Source: Paraspadella gotoi
Taxonomy: Eukaryota > Animalia > Chaetognatha
Reading direction: 5' to 3'
Assembly (NCBI GenBank): GCA_051294375.1
Contig: CM119265.1
Coordinates: forward strand, 10,495,042-10,559,041
Length of the DNA stretch: 64,000 nucleotides
The translations under genes and the position numbers were made by a program. The notes beneath the pieces are model-generated. The model had not been told where the DNA came from and ran no database searches. It worked only from the letters and a program-made list of their open reading frames with translations. Below, one piece after another: positions 34,967-46,513 of the stretch (positions within the stretch are counted from its first letter, which is position 1; each line of letters starts with the position of its first letter).

Positions 34967-36194
34967 GATTCTCGCTCAAACTTTCTCATCTCCTCAGTTC
35001 TTACTTTAGATCGACTGAGCATAAGGACGCATCTCTTGTGCATAGACAGCGCGTTGGGCAAGTCCCCTACGATAGCGTAAATGTGACCCAACGCCCCCAA
35101 CGCGTGCGCGGCCATTTGGCGATTCTTGAGCCTCATCGAGATGACGAGTTGGAAACGATGGCAAGCGGTTGCGGCGTCGAAGGAGAGGTGGGTGAAATGG
35201 GCGGCGCCCAAGTTGCTCTGCGCGCGACACTCGCCCTCGACGTCGTTGGTTGATTTGGCGACGAAGAGGTCCTTAGGACAAAGAGAGAGTGAATAAAGAA
35301 AAGAGTAATAACAATAATAATTCAAATTAGGAAGAGTCGCCTCCAAAAATACTTACTTGACGCATGTATTCCATGGCCTTCTCTTTGTTGTCCAACGCCC
35401 AATGAGCAGAGGCCAGAGAACTAAGAACCGATCCTTTGAGTTTTGGCGAAGATGTACCTGTTTTTAAAACAGATAACGTCAAATAACGAAGAATATCAAA
35501 TAATAAAGGATATATCAACAATGGACATAAGACCACCAATGTTTAAAGCCGCTTCAAGGACGACAGCTGCAGCACTGGAGTTTCCCCACGCCAGCAGCTC
35601 TTGTCCGATGACGGCGACGACGATGAAGGAGCTCCGATCCAACCGCCACTGCAGATGCAGAGAACAACAAGCTCTATTACTTTTATTGACTATTACAATC
35701 CAAAACTCCTTTCCACCTTGAAAAGATTGGCGAAAACGGCCTCGAGTCTCCGCGCCATTGATTTGGAACTAAAAGCCGACTGCACCAATCCTTGCAACAG
35801 CTCGACGTTTCTCGGAGCCAACGCCAAACCGGAAGCAAAGGCAGCGATGGCGTTGGGAAACAACGCCAAGTGGTGCAGCGCTGTTCCCTGCCGGAAATAG
35901 GCCTTGGGCCAACGTGGCGCCAAGTCCTTGGCGAGATTAGCATCGTTCAAAGCCTTGTCGAAAGCGGAAAGTCGAAGGTGAATAGCGGATCTAAATAAAG
36001 AAATAATATTTAAATTTGGGTTAATTAATCCCGCATTCTTCTCCCCTTTACCTGTTAGAGTACAACAGTGGATTGGACGGATTTTGCTCGATTGCTTCTA
36101 CGTAAAACCGAAGAGCGATCTCGAAGTCCCCCTTTTGACAGGCCTCCGCCGCGGCTGCGGCCGATTCGAGCCATCGCGGACCCGCAGCTGCCAT
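22738..36194 (-). CDS. TTC28: Tetratricopeptide repeat protein 28 (TPR array, CHAT domain, C-terminal domain), multi-exon
   Basis: N-terminus NPLLYSNRSAIH..WPKAYFRQG, many TPR exons, CHAT pieces (LLPFALL, IAIGNP, SWAALNLI) and last exon WGQFLAQLGFRFE spliced in frame (26135 to 23592). Confidence 0.88.
23936..25234 (-). mobile_element. HINE-like element, family 2, copy B
   Basis: Same AAATCTTAAAAGCATAAG end, GCGATTGCGACGAT subterminal repeat at about 25215 and homology to 13438-14429. Confidence 0.6.
24028..24360. repeat. About 330-nt polypurine (GAAA/AGAAT) low-complexity tract
   Basis: Almost exclusively A/G on the + strand. Confidence 0.9.
25786..26040 (-). mobile_element. Solo LTR related to the 12179 TRIM (tRNA-like segment plus twister)
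   Basis: TSD GCGG at 25782-25785 and 26041-26044. The minus strand starts TGTGGCGAATCCTAAATTCGCC (same 5' hairpin), then a tRNA-like segment (25919-25990) and a twister. Confidence 0.8.
25836..25918 (-). ncRNA. Twister ribozyme, type P5
   Basis: Minus strand: GCTGG ttaaa GTGT GA TGG tgtcgtca TAA ACAC GC CAGTGAC atggggtg GTCACTG CAGG TCCAAAGC CCTG agcg CCAGC. P2-P5 and both pseudoknots pair; P1 is minimal. Predicted cleavage at 25891/25890. Confidence 0.88.
28870..29049. repeat. Perfect inverted repeat (85-bp arms, 10-nt loop), Penelope-like terminal palindrome
   Basis: 28870-28954 is the reverse complement of 28965-29049. Confidence 0.9.
28958..29001 (+). ncRNA. Minimal type I hammerhead ribozyme (Penelope-type)
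   Basis: gcg CTGATGA a GACTC-loop-GAGTC GAAAC at GTC tgc, with palindromic stem III ACATGT. Predicted cleavage after 28998. Confidence 0.72.
31075..32057 (-). mobile_element. HINE/DINE-1-like element, family 1, copy B
   Basis: AAATCTTAAAAGTATAGTGATCTCGCCA end, terminal hairpin ATCTCGCCCAAGTCGGGCATTCGCCCGTCTGGCGAGAT and the same minisatellite as copy A. Confidence 0.68.
32087..34385. mobile_element. Non-autonomous DIRS-like (tyrosine-recombinase retrotransposon type) element
   Basis: About 140-bp inverted terminal repeats (32122-32263 and 34228-34371). An internal complementary region at 33448-33527 equals the joined termini. AATT occurs at both ends and at the ICR junction. Confidence 0.8.
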
Positions 36195-36373
36195 TTCCGG
36201 ACACGAGCGCCGGAATCAATTTAAGTGTTTTTATCCTAATGTCTCTATCATCGTCTCAAGATACATACAAGTCAAACGAAGAAACTGCTGGTTTTCAGAA
36301 AATAGTTACAAAGGGAATCGTAAAATTTGAAAGATGACAAAAACTCGACATTAAAAAGACCTCGCCCTCTCTT

Positions 36374-36743
36374 TCAACCCCCATGCAGAGTGGAGATGAA
36401 GGTGATCTTATCCCCATCTTGCAACTCGTAATCCAACTCTCCAGCTAGTTCCCAGTCAACGTCGTTGACGAGGACGAGAATGCCTGGTCGCACCGTGTCG
36501 TCCTGGACGAAGAGTTCCGGCCGCTCGCGCAACAAGTTGTCTTTGATCCAGGAAAGGAGCTCGCGAATGCGCCAAGTAGAATCAGTAGAGGACTTTAGAG
36601 GAAGGGACACCTGGGAAAAAAGATTCACGATTTTTTTAAACTTCTCGTTTAATAAACTAATTACGGCTTGGGCTCACCTTATGCTCCTTGACTTTGCCGA
36701 ACAAAAGCTCGGCTCCGCCCTCAAACTCAACGAGGAGATTCAT
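36374..36743 (-). CDS. URM1: Ubiquitin-related modifier 1, 2 exons
   Basis: [22 protein letters not shown] / ..[36 protein letters not shown]. Confidence 0.97.
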
Positions 36744-36930
36744 GATGGAGTCGAGAATTCGAAAGACGAAATCGAATTTACGTCGAACAAATAAATTTAT
36801 AAACAAAAGAGACTTTAGAGAAAAATAATACAATTGAACGGTGTCTTGTTTGAAACTGCTGGGGAAGATTCGTTCTTTGAAACGAAGAATAAAGAAAAAA
36901 AGGTGGAAGAAATAATAAGACTTTGCCGAT

Positions 36931-37466
36931 TCAGATTTCCGGCTTCTCGGGCGGAGGACCGCAGGGGCAAAGCATTTTCTCGGAGAGGTTGAATCGGACG
37001 CGAGCTTTGCACTCGTTCTCCGCGATGGCGAAATAGTTGAGCATATCGAAGTGACCCTTAAGAAAAAAAATTGTCACGCGTCATATTTAAAAAAAAAAAA
37101 TCAAAAATGCGAAAAAAGAATTTAGTCATACTCCACAATTCATTTTTGCAAACAAATTTAGTTAATTACTATCATGCAATAATTCAATTCCCAGGATTCC
37201 ATTCCATTCCATTTATATGAAATTGGTACAACCAATATAAAAATTATCCATTCATTTAATAAATAAACTATCTTGTCCCTGACTTTGGACAGGCTTTGGT
37301 GGTTTATATTATTTATTCGATCACTCTTCCTCACCAAATACGAAGCGTAAGTGTCACGATGCTGATTCGTGACCCACTCCCACTTTGTGGTATCAGCGTG
37401 TCCCGTGCCGATGTATTTCGACTGAAGATGTTCCAACTGAGAATGAATGTTGTATCTGTCTCCCAT
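36931..37466 (-). CDS. SF3B5: Splicing factor 3B subunit 5, 2 exons
   Basis: MGDRYNIHSQLEHLQSKYIGTGHADTTKWEW..YL / GHFDMLNYFAIAENECKARVRFNLSEKMLCPCGPPPEKPEI*. Confidence 0.97.
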
Positions 37467-37735
37467 GGCAACCACGAACAAAGTTTGAAGGTTTCTTTCA
37501 ATTAAATCTTGTAAAGTGAAAGAAAACAAAATAAATTTTGTGTAAAGTCGGTGTATATTGGACGGATTTTTGGTTTGTATAGAAGTGCTTTATAAAAAAC
37601 AGTAACCTTCTCACTACGGCTAAGGCGAAAACGAACTTGGCAGGAAAATAAATTAAAAAGCAAGTGGATTAATAACTTAATATTAAAAAAAGCATTACGC
37701 CGAAATATATATATATATATATAAAAAATCTCGAC

Positions 37736-40700
37736 TTAGAAATCCGCAATGTTGGGTAAAAGGCTTCTTTTGATTGATTTTTCCAACTCTTTGCGATAAT
37801 GATTGGTGTAAGAATTGACGGGAGGGCCGGATCGATTCGAGGGCGAGGCGATGGGAGTGGAAGTTCCCCGCGGAGGACGATTGATCAACGCGGAATTGAG
37901 TGGATCGTAGGTGGAGATGACAGAGTTGAGGTGATTGTAGTTGGGAGTAAAATGGGATAAAAATGCGGGGACGGTGTGATTCGTTACGTCGCCGGCCGCG
38001 CCGTGAGCCTTGCGTTTTGGGGCCGACGGAGTACTGCACCGACTTATCTCTTCGATCTCTTCCAGAAGCTCGTTCCTCGAGCGGTCGTACTCTTCTCGGA
38101 GATTATTGAGAAAATCTTCGTTGCTGGAGGCGACATTCGGAGCCGGAGGTTGGGACTCGCGATCTTCGAACGCCTTGGGTACCGCGACGTTCATTTCCTT
38201 GGGTCCAATGATTCCGACCCCGCCATCGACCAAGTTCGAGTGAAGAAGTTTCAAAGGAGGCACCGATGCGGCCCTCTCCTCCTCCGGTTTATCTTTAGAA
38301 CGCAACAACTTTTTATATCGTTTCTCCAAGGACTTGTGGTGCTCGACTTCCTTCTCCAAAAGAACTGCCTTGTCGTAAGACGCTCTCACCGTATCCCTCT
38401 CATGCTCGAGTGCTTCCTGCAGCTGCTTGAGGTTGGCCTGCATAGTTTGAATCGCCAGCTCGTATTGCTGTCTCTCTTTTTCAAAATCCGAGGCCATGGC
38501 ATGGAAGGAGCCTCGTTCGTTGTTAATGTCCTTTTGTTTTTTTCTCATGTCCTTGAGATAAGATTTGATGTTGATGTTTTCCTCTTCCAATTCCCTCCTC
38601 TTTTTCTTCTCCTCCTCAAAGTGCTTCTCGGCGCTCTTCTTCCTCTCGTTGGCCTCCTTGATCCGTAGTTCCCAGGTCTGCGACTCAAGAAGCTTTTCTT
38701 GGGTCTGCCTCGTCATCTGCGCCATCTTCAATCCCTGGACAGCTTTGGAATTCACCTCGGCCTGGTAAGCGTCGTTGATCGTTTGCATTTCCTTGTCCAA
38801 GGCCAAGTTTTTGTTTGTCTCCTTGGTCAAACGAGAGCTCAGTTCTTCCTTCTCGTCGATGAGCGATCGATTCTGCTTTTTCAATTGCTTTCTTTCGCTC
38901 TCCGCCTCGTCGAATCGCTCCCGGAGAGTTTCGTATTTAGAAGTTTGCATTTCAAGGGCACCGGCCGTTTTGGCCAAGTCTACTTGCAACTGATCTCTCG
39001 TTCGGTTTCCTTCGCCCTCTCGGCTAGAAAGGTCGCGCAAAGCCGCGGTGGCTTCCAAAGATTCACGTTCCGTTCTCTCGACCCTACCTCGAAATTCCTC
39101 GAGATGCTTTTCCGTGTTGCTCAATTTTTCTTGCGTAATCTCCAACTTGCGAGAAAGCTGTTGATTGTCCTGCTTGAACACGTTTCGTTCTTCGCTGATG
39201 TTCTTCAAGTTATTCTGCAATTCGTCCATTCTCAAAACCTTTTTTTCCAACTCAAACTTTTCCAATTCCAAATGTTTTTTCATATCTTGAGCGTCTTGGT
39301 TCTGTTGAATGAGACTAGATAACTGATTCTGCTGAGCGTCGATTCTTTGCAAAAGACTGTCCATTCCCTTTGTGTAGGCTTCTTTGGCGATGGTCATTCC
39401 GTCGATGACTTTCGCGTCGACGCTTCCAAAATTCTTCGCTTGGGCTTCGAGCACGCTCAGCTGCTTGTTTAACTTCTCGTTTTCGAACTTTAACCCAAGA
39501 ACTTCGTCATTTTTCGACGAAAGTTGAGCCTTCAAACTTTGACATTCGGCCGCTATCGAAACTTTAACGTCGGTCCAATCCTCTTGCAATCTGGCGATTT
39601 TTGCTTCGTACGATTCTGTGACGCTCTTCACTTCTTGGTTGCTAACGTCGGACCTTCTCTCATATTTCGACAATTCGCTTTGCAAAGATTCCAGTTTATC
39701 TCTTAAATTCTCTTTCGTCTTTTCCAGGCATTTTATCGCCTCCCTCATGTGTTTACCCTCTTTATCTTTCTCTTCGGCTAATATTTTTCCTTTGTGAACC
39801 TCATCCCTCAATTTTTGTTCTGCCTCGTTTTTAATGTTGTTCATTTTCTCCGAATCCCTGACGCTCTGATCGTTTTTATTGTTCATCTCTTTCACCAACG
39901 ATTCGTATCTGTCTCGCTCCCTCATGTGCTCTTGTATCTTCGATTTCAACATGCTAATTTCCGAATTAAGCGCCATAATCTCGGAGGCTTTTTCTACCTC
40001 CATCCTGACAATGTCCGCGCTCAGCTTTCCCTTTTCCTCTCGAACCTCCATCATTTTTTTCAGGTTTTCCTCGGCTTCTTTTTTGGAATAATTTCTCGTT
40101 TCTTCCAGCTGCTTGTGCGTCTTTTCCATCTCGTCCTTCAACATACGAAGCTCCTGCTCTGTGTGTTTCAGCTTGGTCTCTGCCTCCAACTTGCTCCTCG
40201 CCGCAGACTGCAATTCTTCCATCACGTTGCACTTGTTCTCACTCCACTCTTCCTTCACGCTCAACATCTTGCACTCAAGATCCTTGACCTTTTTCTCCAG
40301 CTCGAAATTGGCGTCTCTTTCCTCGGTCAACTCACGCGAAAACTGATCCCTCTCCATCTCCACATGCCTCAGGTTGGCCTCCAACGAAGCCACCTGAAGA
40401 CCCAAATCTCTGAGGTTCATCTCCAGCGTCTGCTTCTCTTCCATATCGGAACCGTATCGATTGTGCCTCTCCATCAATTGGTCCTTCAGTTTCTTCTGTA
40501 AGGTTTCCGCGTTCTTTCTTAATTGGGTCTCTTCCTCCACCTTCTTACGCATCTGCGTTATCTCGTTCTCCAAAGACAAGTTCTGCTCCTCCAATACCCT
40601 GTACCGCTTTTGCCCATCTTCCGACTGGCGCTTGAGCGATTGGATTTGACCATCGAGTATCTTGGCCTTGGCAAGGCTGGCCTCTTTGGCCCCTCGCTCC

Positions 40701-43700
40701 TTGGCCAATGCTTCGGTCTGTTGATGGAGCGCGTCCAGGATCGGGGACTTCGTGGAATTAGACAAAAGTGATTTGTCCTGCCCCTCCCCCGCGCCGTCGA
40801 GCTTGTGGGCCTGAGAAGAATTGTACCCATACATTTGCGCCAGATCAGGGTTTAAAGCGGAAGCCAGTAGAGCATGATTGGAAATTATTGGGTAGCTGTC
40901 ATCTCCGCTCGAATCTGCATCCGTAGTGAATCGTCCGCCATCGGATTCTCGTCCAACGGCGTTGTTGGTATTAAAATTAAAAGGAGGGATGGAAGCTTTC
41001 ACCTCCGAGTTTTTCTCAGCTGGTTCTATTCCGCTGACCACATCTTCATTATCGGATTTATTTTCCGCAATCTTCGGGGTTGCCATGGAGATGGGCGTGG
41101 TGTTCTCTGTCCCAGGTTGGGACGGGTACATGGAACCAAATCCAATAACAGATTTCTCAAGAAGCGGTCTCAGCAAGGAAGTTTTCCCAGTCGGAGATTC
41201 CGTCATTCCACCGTCAACGACCGGCGTGGTCAGCGGGGATACGCCGGCACTGGTTTTACTATCGTTCAAAAAGTCAATCTCTCGTCCAGTGGAAAGAATG
41301 TCTTCATCGTCTTCGTCCTCATCGAAGCTCGAGGCCAGAGTGCTTCGCGAAAAGCTCCTGTTAGCAACCGGATCAACCGTGATCTGTGGCGTCGCCGGAA
41401 GCCGTCGTCTCTCCGGCTTTCTCGGCAATGCTATTTCGTTGGCGTAAACCAAAGGCGGCAATTCTTTGTCGGCTTCGTCCTCTTCCCCGGCGCCGTCTCC
41501 CGACCCAAAAGCGGCCGTTGGCGGCAAAGCCTCGACCTGTGAGGAAGCTCGTCTCGACAGCGGAATCCCGGACTGAAGCGAGATCGGCGAAACGCGAGGG
41601 ATAGAAAGCTCGTCGTCCCTGCGCGCCGATTCGCCAAGAACCACATCCTCCTCAAAGCCTAAATCCAATTTGGAAACTCCGTTTGGTCGACATTTAACGG
41701 GCGAGGAAGAGCGGGCAAGTGCGGAAGGTACCGTCATACCGACGAGAGCAGGCGATTGAGGAATCAGGGCGTTTTCGAGGTTAAGAAAATCCGCGAGAGC
41801 ATCATTGTCGATGTCTCCTTCTTCGTCGTCATCTACGTCGTTAAACACGCCGCCAATATGGGACGCGTCCTTTTCGCTCGTTCGATCCAGCGTTGACGCC
41901 TTCCCGTCGCCCTCGTCCCCTTCCCAGATGCAGTAACCCCGTTTAGAGGAGGATCTAGAGTTCCTAGCGGCGTCGTCGTCGACTATGGGTTCCCCGCCTC
42001 CACCGGATTGTCGCATCTCTTTCTGAGCCTTGGCCTTGGCGGCGTTGACGCGGGGCATTGGGCGGGGAGGAGACGAGCCGTTGGCCATGACCGTCGGCGC
42101 TTTTTCGTCGTCGTCGTCATCGCAATCCCACTTCTCGGAATCGAGGCGAGAGATGACAGAGTTTGTGTTGGGAACCTCGATATCTGGCGCCTCTTTTGGA
42201 ATCTCGACGGGTGGCGCTTGTGGAGGCAGCGCGCTCGGCGGTTTCTCAGGACTATTCGTGGTGACTCCGGAATCGAATATAGAGGAACGCGGGATCTCTT
42301 TATCTGCCGTCTTTATCTTATGCTCCGGTGAAGGCTTCTCTCGTTTCTCTCCAACGACCATCATCTGAAAATCGTCGTCGTCGTCCTCGTCGTCTTCGGA
42401 CAAAGATGAAACGTCCTTGTCCAATTCGTCGGCGTCGATGCCAAGATCGGCGAGGAGAGACCGGCGCCTAGTAGAATCGGTGGCGTCTGCAGTCGAAGAC
42501 GCCGCCTTTTCGATGCTCGCCGGAACTTTCTCCGGTTCGACTCGTTTCATCGTCGCCTTCGGCGTAACGGCAAAGTCGACGTCGTCGTCCCAATCGGATT
42601 CATCGTCCATTGATTTTGCCAAAGGCGTCGGCTTGGTTTCGTCGACGGCGGAGGGAGATGGCTTGGTTATGATGGGCGGAGGTTTCGTCTCGTCGCCGAT
42701 AAGATCATCGTCGTTGTCGTCGTCCCACGAATCGAGGTTGGAATCTTGCTGCGGCTTTTGCTGCTGCTGCACGAGCCGGGGAATTTTAGAAGCGGCGTCG
42801 CCGAAGGACGAGACGCTGCTGCGGGCAGAGGAGGGTTGGCTTCCGCGGGGGCTGATCTCTGAGGCGTTGGAGACGCGACGCGGTATTTTAGAAGGAGACG
42901 AGGATCTAAGAAATTAAAAAGTTAAAGAATTAAAGTTAACCAATTAACCCGTTAAAGGGTTGAAGTTAAAAGTTTTAACAAGAACCTGTAAGTCAATTAG
43001 AGAGGACAAAAACCTTTATTCAACGCGATCTTGTGCGTGTGCCTACCTTGATCGTGTCGAAGCTGTCGCGATTTCCATCGGTGTCGATACAGCCGAACCT
43101 CGCTCGAGCTGCGCCGTCTTATCCGCCGGAGCCTTGCCGCCGCTGTTCGCGCCCATCGTCGATGGACGTTTTCTCGATGGCGTCTGTTCCTCATCCATCG
43201 ACGGCTGTTTGGTCTTCGAACCGGAAGATGGTCGAGCGTTTATGATATCGTCAAGATCGTCGTCGTCATCGTCGTCGTCGCCGTCTTTGGACAGGAACTT
43301 GAGCAGATTTAGTTGCGGCTTGGGTTTTTTCTCTTCTTCGCTCAAACTAAAATTCGAGGAACATTTTGCCGGCAAAACAGAGGCTGCCGATTTTTTCCTG
43401 TCTTTTTCCATCCAGGAATTGTCGTCAAAATTGTCGTCGGAATCATCATCGGGGATCAGCGGCGACGTGGGAGCTTCCTTCGGCTCAGTCGCACCGATGG
43501 AACCTTCGGCGGAAGACTTTCTTCTGATCGAAGCACGAGAAACTCCGAAATCTCCGACGTCGTCATCGTCGTCATCGTCGTCTTCTTCGTCAAACGATTC
43601 AGATTTTCGTAGAGAATCGTTTTTCAAATTCAGCGATTTGGGGGCGGTAGTGGCTCCAACGTCCTCGTCGTCGTCAACGTCGTCGCCCCAACTATCGACG

Positions 43701-44831
43701 GATGCTCGGGAAGCTCGACCCTGGTCGCCTTCCCCGGCCGCCCTCTCGATCTTTTCATTCTCTTCCTCTTCGTGATTCTTTGTCGCCGACGGTCGATGAT
43801 CATCCTCCTCTTCATCATCATCATCCTCCTCTTCCTCCTTCCTCAACCCCCTCTCTTTGACTCTCTTAATGTGAGTTTGAACAAAGTGCAAGACGTCGTT
43901 GTGATTCGCCTTGAAGGCGTAATCGGCCGCGGTGAACTTGGAGGAGTCCTTGATGGTGGGATCGGCTCCGTGACGGATCAAGGCGTTTGCGGTCGGAAGG
44001 CTGCCGGCTTGAGCGGCGAGCATGAGTGGCGTGCGGCCGGTCTTGTCGCGCGAGTCCGGGTTGGCGCGCTCGTGCAACAAGTAGGCGGCCGACTCGTCGT
44101 GGCCGCGTTGGCAGGCGTATTGGAGAGGAGTTCGCCGATCAGAGTCCTGATCGGATAAAAATGTATTGCAATATACTTAATGTCTAAAACATTATCTTGT
44201 AATAACGATTTTATTTGAATTTTACTGACGTTTTAATTTGTCAGCAATACATAAAAAATTCATTCAGAAATTCCGAAAATATTAATTATTCTCGTCTCTG
44301 ACTGACCTCTGCGTCGATATTAGCGTCGTTTTCTATTAGCAACGCGATAACATCGCCCAGCCCTTCCCCCGCCGCATGATGCAGGGGCGTGGCGCCGAAC
44401 TGATCCTTGGCGTTTACTTCCGCCTCAAATTTGAGCAGTTCCTCGCAGATGATCTGATTGCGACCTTGAATGGCGTGGATGAGCGGGCTGGCTCCCTCGG
44501 CGTCGGCGGCGTTGACGTCGGCGAAGGCGTCTTTGAGGAGGTAGCGGACGATCTCCTCGTGGCCCTGGCGACACGCAACGTGAAGTGGGGTGCGTTTCTG
44601 TTTGTCGACGGCGTTGACTTTTTGTTTCTTGAGGTGTTCCTTGAGTTTTTCCAAGTCTCCGTTGAGTGCCGCCTTGTGGATCTTGTGAAAGTCCTTCTCG
44701 CGAAATTCTGCGGAGGACGCGGAGGATTTGCCCAGCGACTCTTTGGAACCGGCCGAGTTGATGGACCAGTTGGAGGAGGACTGAGAGGTGCTGCGCTTTA
44801 GGCCTTTTCCGAGTTTGAGGAATTTCTTCAT
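37736..44831 (-). CDS. ANKRD26: ANKRD26-like protein (ankyrin repeats, acidic linker, long coiled coil), 3 exons
   Basis: MKKFLKLG..KDFHKIHKAA..DKQKRTPLHVAC N-terminus, about 800 aa of coiled coil with YQAEVNSK..GLKM, and C-terminal YRKELEKSIKRSL. Confidence 0.75.
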
Positions 44832-46513
44832 GGCGCGTGCGGTTGGTGAGATAAAAAGTAGGTATGCGTGAAGGCAACTGGAGACACGAGACTCGTGCCT
44901 CTCAACAGAATCGACGAGATAAAGAATCTCCCATCGACGTCACTTCCGGTCTCGCGTTCCTCAAACGTCGCTCGTTCGTCATTTCGATCGCACGAAGAGA
45001 AAAAACTACCGTTCAGAAAAAAGGCACAAAAAGAGTCCTAAGGCCTGTAAAAAAAAAGACGAGTGTGCTATGGAAAAAGCTGGAATATTTTTCTTTTTTA
45101 AATTCAAGATTCTTTTGTTAAACCGACAAGTAGAACGATTGAGAGAGACGAGGATTGAAAAAAAATATTTCAAGATTACGTCTCTTTTTTTCGTTTTAAC
45201 ACATAACAAGCAAACATAGTCGCCAAAAAAATGCTTGCCGAATCTTAAAAAAAAATATAAATAGTAGAGTGAATGTACGGAAATGAGAAGATAGTAACAA
45301 TTATAATTACCTCCCAGTTAATTAGATACAAAAACTCGAGTTCATGGTAAGTTTTAATTTTAATCGACTCATTCAATTATTTTGAGATTTGGTTCGTATT
45401 TTTGGTTAAGTTAATTTTTACATAGATTTACCATAGATTCATATAATTTTTGAGCTTCATGACATCATGGCGTTTTGAAAGTAAAACAAACCGGGAGTAA
45501 ACAAAATTTTGATAGCCAAACGTGCGACGAAAATACAGAAATGGATCGGAATTAAAAATTTGATTTTGGTGGTATAAACGTCGAAACAAGTAAATAATGC
45601 GGATTATGACGAGATTACGAAACATCTGTCCGCGGAAAATTATTGATTAAAATATTTTTTTAAATCTATTTTTAAACTTATTCAAACATTTGGTTATAAA
45701 TTGCGTAAAGATATTCCGTGAAATGCCGAAACAAAAACAATGAAAATAGTCTTTTACGTGCGACCATCCCCCTCTTGGCAAAAAAAAAACAAAAAAAAAA
45801 AAACGAGAAGTAAGAGAATACAACCAATCGTAATTATTATCTTTCTACCTAAAAGGCACTGTAAAAGGCACAATCTATTACGTGTGACAGTTAAATACGG
45901 GGTGAACTATGGGGTGGCCGGTTCGTTTTAAATTCGGACCACAAAGTGACCAATATTTTTTTTTTTTTTGCAACGTGCTTTTGTTTTCTCGCAGGAAATT
46001 TCTTTGGGTCAGAATCGTGTAAAAGAGAGCTTCGGGGGCGAATTGACAGGACGGAGTCTAAAAAAGTGGGAAGGGGAAAAGAACCTTGAGCGCGGGAAAA
46101 CATTTTGGATTCATCCGAAAATCCCCGGGCTAACAATTCCCTCAAAGAAAGTTGAATTCCCGCTGCTCCAAAATGAGCCAACTGAAACGTTTCTCGACCG
46201 ATTGGAAACACCGCAACCAAAACGGAGAGAAACGAAATCGGCGACCATTCGGAACTGTGACTGTGAAACGACGAAAAAAGAGAAAAAGATCTCAAGACAG
46301 AGATTGATTAAAATCAAACGTAAAATCAATCTTACGATTGAAGAAAAAAAAAAAAGTAACTCTTAACCTTGCTACGTACGTTAAATCAGGGTTGAATCAA
46401 GATTGTAACGTCGTTGAATTCGTAAAATTAACGTCTGAAATCTAAAAAGAAGTTTTTAACTAAGAGGAGACCCGCTCGGTCGAACTTCTTCTTCCCAAGC
46501 ACCCCCGTCACTT

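Noticed and set aside
35500-35516. Minus-strand ATATCCTTT resembling a U12 5' splice site
   Set aside because: It lies inside an intron already explained by a GT donor at about 35534 and an AG acceptor at about 35458.
37976-44158. Long + strand ORFs (up to 271 aa)
   Set aside because: They are antisense shadows of the ANKRD26-like CDS with no recognisable motifs.
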